Part shown: in pieces, positions 1-12,417 of the stretch
Layout: every line of letters begins with the position of its first letter
Numbering within the stretch: the first letter of the stretch is position 1
Source of the DNA: Heptranchias perlo
Taxonomy: Eukaryota
Assembly (NCBI RefSeq): GCF_035084215.1
Contig: NC_090363.1
Span: forward strand, 6,696,001-6,760,000
Length of the DNA stretch: 64,000 bases
Direction of reading: 5' to 3'
Notes under the pieces: model-generated
The model's input: only the letters and a program-made list of their open reading frames with translations
Told to the model about the DNA's origin: nothing
Database searches by the model: none
Position numbers and translations under genes: made by a program

Positions 1-1619
1 CTTCTGACTCAGAGGCGAGATGTACTATTGAGCCATGGCTGACACTTTGGATGGGTCACATTTTATTGCTTTATTTATTAATCGATTGAGAAATTTGGGT
101 GGAGGCCCTAAGCTCAGTGTGCAAACACACCACCGCAGTAGGGAAGGGCAGGAGATAAGGTGAGTTAAATCAAGAAGTAGTGGTTAGGTGACACAAAGTT
201 TGGGTGTTAAAAAACCCAAAGGTTGAAGGGGGGAGGAACAATAGTTTCGAACTCACACAGAATGTACAGCACAGAAACAGGCCATTCGGCCCAACAGCTC
301 TATGCCAGTGTTTATGCTCCAAACGTGCCTCCCTCCCACCCTTCTTCATCTCACCCTATCAGCAAATCCTTCTATTCCTTTCTCCCTCATGTGTTTATCC
401 AGCTTCCCCTTCAATGCATCTGTGCTATTCGCCTCAACTACTCCTTGTGGTAACGAGTTCCACATTCTCACCTCTCTCTGGGAAAAAAAGTTTCTCCTGA
501 ATTCCTTAATGGATTTATTAGTGACTATCTTATATTTATGACCTCTAGTTCTGGACTCCCTCCCTTGTCTAATGTATTAAACCCCTTCATTATCTTAAAG
601 ACCTCGATCAGGTCACCCCTCAGTCTTCTCTTTTCTAGAGAAAAGAGCCCCAATCTGTTCAATCTTTGCTGCTAAGTGTAACCTCTCAGTTCTGATATCA
701 TCCTAATAAATCTTTTTGCACCTTCTCCAGTGCCTTTTTATAATATGGAGACCAGAACTGTTCACAGTACTCCAAGTGTAAGCTTCTGGGAATGAATGAA
801 TTAGATTTGGAGGGAGTGCGATGGACCTTGATCTTGACCCAGCAAGGGTGGCAGAGAAAGGGAGCGCCTGCTTTAGGCAGAATGGCTGTTTCCCTTTCAG
901 CACCCCATCGTGGTGCTTTTTGCGATCTGGCGCGGTGGGCGCGCCTGGGCGAGGCACAGGTCGTGCGCCCGCTGTTTCCCAAAATCCACTCCCTTGCAAC
1001 TGCCACTTCATAAAGTAGGGGGGTGGGTGGGTGGGTACCACATTGCACAGTCATAGGGACATAGGATCAGGAGGAGGCCATTCAGCTGCTTGAGTCTGTT
1101 CCGCCGTTCAATTAGACCATCTGTATCCTGTATCCTAACTCCATTCACCCGCCTTGGTTCCCTAATCCTTAATACCCTTGCCTCACAATCACTGTTTTGA
1201 CATTTTCAATTGACCCCCAGCCTCAACAGCTTTTTGGGGGAGAGCGTTCCAGATTTCCACTCCCCTTTGCGTGAGGCATCTCTTGTGTGTCCTTAGCAAT
1301 GAACCTATCGGAGAAAGAAAGACAGAATTTGCATTCATATAGCGCCTTTCACGACCTCAGGACTATCTTATATTTATGGCCTCTAGTTTTGGACTCCCCC
1401 ACAAGTGCAAACATGTTCTCCACGTCTATGCTATCAAACCCTTTCATAATTTTAACGACCTCTATCACATCACCCCTCAGCCTTCTCTTTTCTTGAGATC
1501 AGACCCCCAGCCTGTTCAATCTTTCCTGATAGGCATAATCTCTCAGTTCTGGCGTCATCCCTGTAAATGTACTCTCTTGGTTTACTTTCAGTGTTGCTAT
1601 TTTCAGCTGGCGGATAAAA

Positions 1620-3650
1620 CATGTGGGAGTTGTCTGCCACGCAGTGAGTGTGCTAAATCTGAGCTGCACTCAATTGTTGTGTGCTGCAACTGGAAACCAG
1701 TTAGGAAGGCAAAGCCAGCTGACGACTCGTCGGATTCGCTGTAGTTTTGGGGGTTACTTGCCTGAGAAAAGCCATTTTGTTCAGCCTGCAGATCCTTTTA
1801 GCAGGGACTCAAGAAAGAGTGCAGTCACTGTCAGAGGTGCCGTCATTCGGATGAGACGTTAAATTGAGGCCCCCGTCTGCCCTCTCAGCTGGACGCGAAA
1901 GATTCCACGGCCACTATTTCGAAGAAGGGGGGCTGTCCTGTCCAACAATTATCCCTCAACATCACCAAAAACGGATGATCTGATCATTATCCCATTGCTG
2001 TTTGTGGGATCTTGCTGTGCACAAATTGGCTGCCGCGTTTCCCACATTGCAACAGTGACTTCAAAAAGTACTTGATTGGCTGTAAAGCGCTTTGGGACGT
2101 CCTGAGGTGGTGAAAGGTGCTATATAAATGCAAGGCTTTCTTTCTGTTAAAATGGACAGATAGGAAATGTCCATTCAAGCTCAGGAGTGGGAAGGCCCGA
2201 GTTTAGGACGCCAGCTTTCTTGCCACTGCCTCTCCCTTAACACCTGTTTCATCGGCGGGAGATGTGAACGGGATCGCGCCAACGATGGTTCCTATAGCAA
2301 CACAGACGGGGCCCCCCCTCCTCAAATATTTAACCTGCTGCCTCATCAACCGATGAGCATTCACGGCCCATTTCTCAGGCTGCAGCAATGCTCCTCATGC
2401 CTGGTAACATGAGGCTTACGAGAGCTGTGTCAAAACTGCCCCCTCTTGCACGATTGCCAGACTGACAGAAAGAACTTGCATTTATATAGCGCCTTTCACG
2501 ACCTCAGGACGTCCGAAAGCGCTTCGCAGCCAATCAAGTACTTTTATTCGAAGTGTAGACACCGTTGTAACGTAGGGAGACGCAATCTGCGCACAGCAAG
2601 ATCCCACAAACAGCAAACCTGACCGGATCATCCGTCCTTTTAGTGATGTTGGTTTTGAAGGATTTAATATTGGCCGGGCTACCCAAGGAGAACTCCCCTG
2701 TTCTTCTTTGGAATAGTAACCAAGGGACCTTTTACGTCCACTTGAGAGGGGCGGCAGGGGGAGGTTGGAGGAAGGTCTCAGTTTTTAAGCCGGGTGGAGA
2801 GAGAGAGAGAGAAAATGAGGGAGAGAAAAAATTTTATTAGCTGTAACTGAGGTTCATATCCAGCTGCGTATTGGCACATTCTGACACAAATGTTTTTGTA
2901 ACACGACAGGAAGTAGGCCTCACAGGAGTAACGCTGCCTCAGAATGAGGTAATCCACTGCAATGCTTAAAATTAAAGCATGATGTAAGGCAGCAAGGTTA
3001 ATGTTGGAAACGAGCAGGAAATTCAAGTATTGCAGGTCCCCTGAAGGATCTTAGTAACTACCCTCAGCAGTCACACTGTATCCTTGTGCTGAGGTACTGT
3101 GGAAAATCCAAACCTTTAACCCAGAGAGCAGGCGAAGCACAAAGTGCCCATTCACTCTCATCTGCGCCTGAGAATGTGAGGGGAATGACTTTCCTCGTAT
3201 CAACCGCGCGCTCACAGTTACAATGTCAATAACATTTAGTCAACAAGATCACTGAGGGGTTTCTGGTGTGATGTTGGATGGAACATGTGGGAGCTGTCTC
3301 CCACACAGCGAGAGTGCTAAATCTGAGCTGCACTCAATTGTTGTGGGCTGCAACTGGAAACCAGTTAGGAAGGCAAAGCCAGCTGGTGACTCGTCTGATT
3401 TGCTGTAGATTTGGGAGTTACTTGCCTGAGAAAAGCCATTTTGATCTGCCTGCAGGGACTCAAGAAAGAGTGCAGTACTGAGGGAGTGCTGCACTGTCAG
3501 AGGTGCCGTCTTTCGGATGAGACGTTAAACCGTCCGCCCTCTCAGCTGGACGTGAAAGATTCCACGGCCACTATTTCGAAGGAGAGGGGTTGTCCTGTCC
3601 AGCATTTATCCCTCAACAACACCAGAACAGATTAACGGGTCATTATCTCT
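1620..3650 (+). repeat. Local duplication, 1620-1990 versus 3283-3650
   Basis: Both copies contain ACATGTGGGAG...TGCTAAATCTGAGCTGCACTCAATTGTTG...GAGAAAAGCCATTTTG followed by the same SINE junction. Confidence 0.85.
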
Positions 3651-5289
3651 CAGTGGATGTACGTCAGGTATTTAAGACGATTAAAGGATTTGATAGGGTA
3701 GATAGAGAGAAACTATTTCCTCAGGGGAGAGGGTCCAGAACAAGGGGGCATAACCTTAAAATTAGAGCTGGGACATTCAGGGGTGATGTCAGGAAGCGTT
3801 TCTTCACACAAAGGGAAGTGGAAATCTAGAACTGTCTCCCCCCAAAAATTGTTGAGGCTGGGGGATCATTTGAAAATTTCAGTACTGAGATTGATAGATT
3901 TCTGTTAGGCAAAGGGTTACTGAACCAAGGCGGGTAGATAGAGTTAAGGTACAGATCAGCCATGATCTAGTTGAATGGCAGAACAGGCTCGAGGGGCTGA
4001 ATGGCCTATTCCTATTCCTATATTCCAATGGTCCTACGTCACAACAGGAGTAATGGACATGTACAGGAACTGACACTGAGACACAAGGGCCTGTCCAGCG
4101 TTGGTTGGGAGTCAAGTGTTTGCTTTTACCCTGCAGACAGTTGCCTCTGTACAGGAATGACAGTGCGACCCCTATGACCTGTACAGGGTCAGACAAGAGT
4201 GAGTTATTTTCTTTCATTTAATATATTCTGTACAAATGTACAAGAGCTGATCCTGCGACACACAAGACCAGCACCAGATGGGAGTGAATTGTCCCCTTGT
4301 ATTTACAGTAGATCCGTATCCTTCCCCCTCCCCCCAGCAGAATAATAAATTTTTGTACAAACCTCGTCTTTCTTTATAAATGGCTATTGCATACTTGCGA
4401 TGATTTATCAGCTATGCAGAATGAAGAGAATGAGGTAGGTTTTCATTGTTAGGGCCTGGGTGCTTAGCATTGCCTGGGTGCAGCCCAGAAAGGAAAATCT
4501 AGTAGGAAGGTTTGTATGCTGGTTATGTAATCCTTTTGATCCTCCTTCCATTGAAAGTAATGGAAGGAAACTGCCTAAGGATATGTAGGAGGCGTGTGAT
4601 TTACTTTTCATGAGTTTTCATTCTGAACTTTTCCCAAGGTGATACTTAATATCCAGGCTGCCCAGACCAAACTCTACCCCAATGGTTAATTGATATGAAT
4701 CTTGTTCCTTCTTGTCCCTGCCCATTATTCTCTGGGAGTATCCCATTATTCTCTGTGTGGTTTGTGTTCAGTAGTTAAACGGAACTCTGTATTGAGCTAA
4801 CTGAGCTGACCTATATGGGCTGCCAGTTCTCCGACGCCTCGATTTTAAATCCCTCCATGGCCTCACCCCCCCCCTCCCTATCCCTGTAGTCCTCCTCCAG
4901 TCCATTCTGGTAAATCTCCTCTGCACCCTCTCCAAGGGGAATATTTAAACTATGAAGGCAATGGGAGCTACTCTCCAGCCTAGTGCAGTGCTCGGAGCTA
5001 GCGGGATGGGCTCAGTTGCTATTTGCCCCCTGGTTTCTTTGTGTTTCCAACTTTCTCCCCTTCTCCTCCTGAAGGGAATGATTCATTCTGGGGTTTGGTT
5101 GAGCGACATCAGGAAAACTCCCACCCATTACCTCACCCAGGTTTGAGCCCAGGCAAAGATCGGGATATTCTTACAGATGGTGGGCGCATAGAGCCCCCTC
5201 CTGCTCCCGTCTTTGTCTGATGCTCTGTAGGGGTCGCCAAACAGTAGGTAGAAACTGGGGCCCGAACCAGGGCTGGGCTAACGATACAG

Positions 5290-6560
5290 AAAAGCTTTGA
5301 TTGGAGACCGGTCGCCAGTGATGTCCCACAGGGATCGACGTTGGAAACTTTGCTCTTTACTATTTTCATTAATGATCTAGATGTAGGTGTTGGGGGCACG
5401 ACCTGCAAGTTTGCAGATGAGACAAGGATGTGTGCAAGAGTCAGGACTGTAGATGATGCTCGACTACGACAAGCGGATTTAAACGTGCTGGGGGATTGGG
5501 CCCGTCACTGTCAAATTACATTTAACTTAAGAATGTGTGAGTAGCGAGCTAGGGTGTATTTACAGGACAATTAATGATAAAACAAAGTGTACTATTTTGT
5601 CCTTGTACAAGAATAGTTAGGTCTCAGTTAGAATACTGTGTCCAGTCCTGGTCTCCTCACATAGTGGGTGATATTGAGGCTTGGGAAAGGGTGCAGAGGA
5701 GGGCCACAAGATTAACTCCCAGTTTAAAGCATCTTAGTTACCAAGATAGACTCAAAGAGCTGGCTCTGTATACTTTAGAGAAGCATAGACCTAGGGATGA
5801 TTTGATCGAGGTTTATAAGATGCAGCTGTACCACCCAGTCCCAGAGGGGGAAAGGACAGTGTCTGACCCACAGCAGCCCGCTTGATTGGCACCCCATCCA
5901 CCGCCCTAAACATTCACTCCCTTCACCACTGGCGCACCGTGGCTGCAGTGTGTACCATCCACAGGATGCACTGCAGCAACTCGCCAAGGCTTCTTCGACA
6001 GCACCTCCCAAACCCGCGACCTCTACCACCTAGAAGGACAAGGGCAGCAGGCACATGGGAACAACACCACCTGCACGTTCCCCTCCAAGTCACACATCAT
6101 CCCGACTTGGAAATATATCGCCGTTCCTTCATCGTCGCTGGGTCAAAATCCTGGAACTCCCTTCCTAACAGCACTGTGGGAGAACCGTCACCACACGGAC
6201 TGCAGCGGTTCAAGAAGGCGGCTCACCACCACCTTCTCAAGGGCAATTAGGGATGGGCAATAAATGCCAGCCTTGCCAGCGACGCCCACATCCCACGAAC
6301 AAATAAAAACAAATAAGATGATGAAGGGACTTGATGGTGCTTGTGTAGACAGTTAGTTTCAACTAGCTAGGTTAGGGAGGACCAGCAGTCACAATCTCCG
6401 GTTCTGTAAAGGCAGAATTAGATGGATGTTAGGCGGCTCTTCTTTTCCCAGAGAATAGTGGGCCTGTGGAACAGGCTGCCGGCTCGTGCGGTGAATGCTG
6501 ATTCGCTGAATTCCTTCAAGCGAGAGCTGGACCTGTTTCTGACCGGGGCGGAGATCACCT
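5290..6560 (+). mobile_element. Old CR1 fragment with a nested non-LTR insertion at 5823-6312
   Basis: FINDLD...KFADET and LEYCVQSWSP motifs. ATAAGATG is duplicated at 5815 and 6313. Confidence 0.8.
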
Positions 6561-7356
6561 CGTACAGGAGGTGGGTGCCTTAATGTTAATCAGGGCCAGG
6601 GTGGTCTCCTGATCTAGCTTCAATCGCCGAAGGGGATCGGAGAGGAATTTTCCAGAATTCACCCCCCCCCCATCACCTAATTGGCCTGGGTTTTAAACAG
6701 TTTTTTTTGCCTCTCCCAGAAGATGGGGTGAGGAGCGCGTATAATGTGATGCACAAGACATAATTGTGTGGGACAGGCTGAATGGACCAGAAGATCGTAT
6801 CCTGACCGTCATGTGTATGGTATGCTCGACTTCTAAACTCCCCAGGAAACAAGAGCAACTAAGATGTGACAAAAGCAGCTCCCAGTAAGTTGGCCTTAAT
6901 CCTTTTATTTTGATTGTCAAAAATGATCTGTCCGGAACTCCTCCTGAAAAAAATACATCGCCGTGAATAAAATTACCTTGAGTGATACAGAATAGGTGCA
7001 GCAGGGTTGACAGTCGTCGCTGGATGTAGGCACCGTTATCAAGTATTGAGATTTCTACATTGAGGCCATTTCGTTTGAATGAAATCGGCGTTCCACCCGA
7101 TCCCGTCAGTTTCGCCTCAGGCGGGATTGGTTAAGATTACCCCGCTTATGTCTGTATGATTTTGTCACATTTTTGTATCAATTTTCTTTCATTCTAAACT
7201 CCTTTGTTTCCTGGATTTTAAAATTCTCATCCTTGTTTTCAAATCCTTCCACGTTCTTGCCCCTCCCCATCTCTGTAACCTTCTCCAGCCCGACAACCCG
7301 CCGAGATCTCTGCGCTCCTCTGCGTTGAGTAATAAACTATAAATATATGAAGAGGA

Positions 7357-7859
7357 ACTGGGTGGTGCAGTGGGTCAGATACTGTCCTTTCCCCCTCTGG
7401 GACTGGGTGGTACAGTGGGTCAGACACTGTCCTTTCCCCCTCTGGGACTGGGTGGTGCAGTGGGTCAGACACTGTCCTTTCCCCCTCTGGGACTGGGTGG
7501 TGCAGTGGGTCAGACACTGTCCTTTCCCCCTCTGGGACTGGGTGGTACAGTGGGTCAGACACTGTCCTTTCCCCCTCTGGGACTGGGTGGTGCAGTGGGT
7601 CAGACACTGTCCTTTCCCCCTCTGGGACTGGGTGGTGCAGTGGGTCAGACACTGTCCTTTCCCCCTCTGGGACTGGGTGGTACAGTGGGTCAGACACTGT
7701 CCTTTCCCCCTCTGGGGCTGGGTGGTGCAGTGGGTCAGACACTGTCCTTTCCCCCTCTGGGACTGGGTGGTACAGTGGGTCAGACACTGTCCTTTCCCCC
7801 TCTGGGACTGGGTGGTACAGTGGGTCAGACACTGTCCTCTTCCCCCTCTGGGACTGGGA
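7357..7859. repeat. 45-bp minisatellite, about 11 copies
   Basis: Unit GACTGGGTGGTRCAGTGGGTCAGACACTGTCCTTTCCCCCTCTGG. It produces 15-aa periodic spurious ORFs. Confidence 0.97.
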
Positions 7860-10229
7860 TGATCTACCCCAGGTCACTGAAATGGAAAGTGTCCCCTTCC
7901 CCAGATCGCACCCTGATGAGCACAAATGAGAAAGTAAAAGTGGAATCAAAGCACTTGTTGGGGGGAGGGGGTGGAGATTTGGACTTTTTGCACTAGTATA
8001 TAAAACGGGTGCTAGCTATGGAATAATCAAGGGAATTAAAAATGGGGAGAGATGTAAAACAGGCTGCCGATTTGCTATCAGCTGGTTTATACTATCTCAC
8101 CCAGTCAAGATCCACCCCGAGGTGTTTCTCAATCATTCTACGTCAAACATGTTGGTCCTGGAACAAAGACAGGAAATGCTGGAACCACTCAGCAGGTTAG
8201 TCAGCCTCTGTGGAGTGACCCACATGAGCGAATTTTTCAGGTGTGCGACCTTTCGGTTTGCAGCACCTGCCTGAAAGGGCGGTGGAAGCAGATTCAATGG
8301 TAACTTTCAAAAGGGAATTGGATGAAGACTTGAAGGGGAAAAATTTGCAGGGCTATGGGGAAAGGGCAGGGGGGAGTGTGGGACTAACTGGATAGCTCTT
8401 TCAAAGAGCCGGCACGGGCCACGATGGGCCGAATGGCCTCCTTCTGTGCTCTATGATTCCATGAAACATCCAGGACTGCATCCAACCAGAGTTGGACACT
8501 CTAGAATGGGTCCTAATTCTTGGAATATTTACGCACCGGTTGGAGCATTGAAGGACGATCTCCGTCCGTTGTCCAAGCTCAGGGTGAATCATGCTGTGAG
8601 GGTTATCACTTGTACAGTGTCTCAGATGCCGGTGGGAAGCACCCGACTGAGAACATGAGCTGCCCGCCAAGGCGTCATAGTAGGGATGCGTGGGAGGAAG
8701 AGTCAGCAAGATGGTCTCCGCATTGCGATTGCCCTCTGCTCATCTTACGCACGAGTTGCACAGATGTGACGGGGCGGTGAGCATTCTCTGCTGATAACAG
8801 CACGAAGCAAATCTAGACCTACGCAAGCTGGCTTATCACCGGGCTTTCGGACTGGCTGGTGACAGGCGGTCCCGGCAGGCCAATCTGATTTCTCAGGTGT
8901 GGGATGTGGAGGAGCGTCCGCATACAGAGAGGAATCCTGGCTAGAAGCCTGGTTAAAAACTCTTTCTCTCTCTCTCTCTCTGTGCTGGAAGGAGGAAGCC
9001 AGGTTTCTTTGGCCATGCAGCTGGCGCGGGTTACAGAGGAGAGACAGGCAGGATTGTGTGGATTCCTGCCAGCAAGCTCTGTTCGCTGTGCATTGTAGAG
9101 AATTCACTTACCCAGTTCCCTTCTCTGTATCGCATTGCTAGGACTGTAATGTATCCTAGAGTCAACCTCAAGAATGCTGCTGGTTACTCACAGCAGCATC
9201 TCAAGGAGAAATCTTCCTCCAGTTGCTGTGTGTTAGTGACATTGTAGACAAAACGAGAGCAACAACTTGCATTTATATGGCGCCTTTAATGTGGTAAAAC
9301 GTCCCAAGGCGCTTCACGGGAGCGTTATCAAACAAAATTTTACACCGAGCCACATAAGGAGTCATAAGGACGGGAGAGGTAGGTTTTAAGGAGCGTCTTA
9401 AAGGGGGAGCGAGAGGTGGAGAGGTGTAGTGAGGGAATTCCAGAGCTTAGGGCCCAGGCAGCTAAAGGCACGGCCGCCAATGGTGGAGCGATTAAAATCG
9501 AGGATGTGCAAGATGCCAGAATTGGAGGAACGCAGAGATCTCGGCGGATAGATGTCTCCTGATCATTAGTGCTGTCAATATTGTAAGAAAGTTCTGAAAG
9601 AACAGGTTTGCTATTTTGGTTTGTAAAGTTTGCCAATTAGTGTGTCTGGTGCGGCATCCAACATTACAGAGAGGGGTTTAACAACCTGTCCCATTCTAAT
9701 CCTGCGGTGACACCCTGTCCTGTTCAAGTCCTGTAGGTGTAGCTTCGGCAACACTAGATTAGCCGCATGCTGTAATTTGAGTAGAAAATGCCTTACACAC
9801 ACTCACCCACTATGGGTAAATGTACTTCACATGTTTATTTTTATCTAACAAACATCTACCACAGACTCCCACCTTCCACCCTCCGTAAACTTGAGCTCAC
9901 CCAAAACTGCTGCCCGTATCCTAACTCGCACCAAGTCCCGTTCACCCATCACCCCCTGTGCTCGCTGACCTACATTGGCTCCCGGTCAGGCAAAGCCTCG
10001 ATTTTAAAATTCTCATCCTTGTTTTCAAATCCCTCCATGGCCTCGCCCCCTCCCTATCTCTGTGACCTGCTACAGCCCTACAAACTTCCGAGATCTCTGC
10101 GTTCCTCCAACTCTGGCCTCTTGCGCATCCCCGATTTTCCCCGACCATCATTATGAGGGAGGCAGTACCAATTGATTGAAAACAGGATAATTTAGTATTT
10201 ATATTGATAAAGGATGACAAAAAAAAGCA

Positions 10230-11005
10230 ACTACAGGAAACTACAGACTCATCAGTCTGATATCCAGTCCGTGTAAAATGATGGAATTGATTATCAAGAG
10301 TAAGCTTTAGAATTATCTGAAATATAATAACTTAGTTAACAGCAGTCAGCATGGACTCATGACGGGAAGATTCTACCTGAGAAATCTCCTCAACTTATTT
10401 GAGGAGTGACATCCCAAGAGGACTGTAATCAGCCCTATGACGTGATGAATCTCAACTTCCACAAGGTTCTTGACAAAGTTCCACATGAAAGGCTTTTAAC
10501 TAAACTCAAAGCTATGGAGATCTGGGGTAAACCCTGGTAATGGATGAGAAACAGACTGAAGGGTAGGAAACAATGAGTACTCATTGGAGGTGTTATGTCT
10601 TAGCGAGGGATGGGAGTACTGAGTGGGGGTACCTCAGGGCTCAGTGCTGGGGCCACTACTGTTTCTAATTGGCATGAATGACCTGGATTCAGAAACACAA
10701 TGCAAAGTGATCAAATTTACAGATGATGCCAGGTTAGGCGGAGCAGTAGAATTGGAGGAAGCAGCTCAGAGATTACAAAACGAGTTGGATGAAATAGGTA
10801 TGTGGGCGGAACAATGGGAGACAGAATTGAGTGCAAGTGTAAAGTGATTACACACAGGAAGGGAAATTAGGTCACCTGCATACTCCATGAATGGTATTGA
10901 AATAGCTAAGACTGAAGCTGAACCAGATCTAGGAACCTTAGTAGACTCAACGCTAAATATGTCCGACCAATGCAAATCAGCAATCAACAAAGCTAATAGG
11001 ATGTC
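10230..11005 (+). mobile_element. Old CR1 RT fragment
   Basis: GVPQGSVLGPLLF...KFTDDARL motifs with many in-frame stops. Confidence 0.75.
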
Positions 11006-11007
11006 TA

Positions 11008-11603
11008 ATTTCCGTCTCCACCCCTGCCTCAGCTCATCTGCTGCTGAAACCCTCATCCATGCCTTTTTTACCTCTAGACTCGACTGTTCCAGTTCTCTCC
11101 TGGCCGGCCCCCCACCTTCCACCCAAAACCCTGCTGCCTGTTTCCTAAATCGCACTAAGTCCCGTTCATCCATCACCCCCTGACCTACATCAGCTCCCGG
11201 TCCTGCAACACCTCAGTTTTAAAATTCTCATCCATGTGTTCAAATTGTTCCATGGCCTCGCCCCCTCTCCCTATCTCGGTAACCACCTCCAGCCCTGCAA
11301 CCCTCCGAGATCTCTGTGTTCCTCCAATTCTGGCCTCTTGCGCATCCCCGATTTTAATCGCTCCACACTGGCGGCCGTGCCTACAGCCGCCTGGGCCCTA
11401 AGCTCTGGAATTCCCTCCCTAAACCTCTCCGCCTTTCCGCTCCTTAAAACCTACCTCTTTAACCAAGCTTTTGGTCACCTGTCCTAATATTTCCTTATGT
11501 GGCTCGGTGTCAAATTTTGTTTGATAATCGCTCCTGTGATGCACCCTGGGGATGTTTTACTGCGTTAAAGGCGCGATATAAATGCAAGTTGCTGTTGTTG
11601 TTG
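11008..11603 (+). mobile_element. L2-clade LINE 3' fragment
   Basis: ETLIHAFFTSRLD motif and a ...AAATGCAAGTTGCTGTTG tail. Related pieces lie at 9260-9545(-), 9870-10140, 25105-25560(-) and 47960-48290(-). Confidence 0.7.
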
Positions 11604-11887
11604 TGTGAGCCTAGAACGTTCCGAGGCGCTGCAGCACTGACGGGTCTACGCACGCCGCAAGAGGCTAATTGGAAGATCGTGGGCGCGGTGCCGCCACTTC
11701 CTGCTCAGGTGGAGAAAGCGCAGGGAACGTGCCCGCCATTCACGCCTGCTGCGTGCGAGGCTCAGACAGTGGTCCTGGGCCTTTGATGTATCATCAAACT
11801 ATACCACCAAGGAGAGTTTTCAGAGCCTCGCCTGATCTTATTCTGACCTGATATGCATACAGGCAACTGTCAGCAACCTGCCCGCAG

Positions 11888-12360
11888 CACATGCACACAT
11901 ACAAAGATACACATATACAAAGATACACGCACACACATACAAATATACACATATACAAAGATACACACATATACAATGACACACACATACACAAAGATAC
12001 ACGCACACACATACAAAGATACACACATGCAAAGATACACATACACAGAGGTACACACACATACAAAGATACACACATATTCATACAAAGATACACATAC
12101 ACAAAGATACACACACACACACACACAGATACACACACATATACAAAGATATACACACATACAAAGATACACACATATTCATACAAAGATATACACACAA
12201 AGATACACACACACACACACAAAGATACACACACATATACAAAGATACACACACACATACAAAGATACACACAGATACAAAGATACACACATACACACAT
12301 AAAATGATATACATACACACATGTACACACACATGCATATATATAGATACCAACACACAG
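11888..12360. repeat. Degenerate CA-rich low-complexity repeat (ACAAAGATACACAC...)
   Basis: Recurrent CAAAGATAC separated by (AC)n/(AT) runs. Confidence 0.9.
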
Positions 12361-12417
12361 AACATTGCCATCCTCGCTGCTAATGCTCTTTGTCCTTCTA
12401 AAAGCTAAAAAGACAAC

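Noticed and set aside
7239-7996. Repetitive ORFs on both strands
   Set aside because: Products of the 45-bp tandem repeat, open in several frames with no gene signals.
11794-12371. Cys/Val- and His/Thr-rich ORFs
   Set aside because: Translations of a CA/TG microsatellite.
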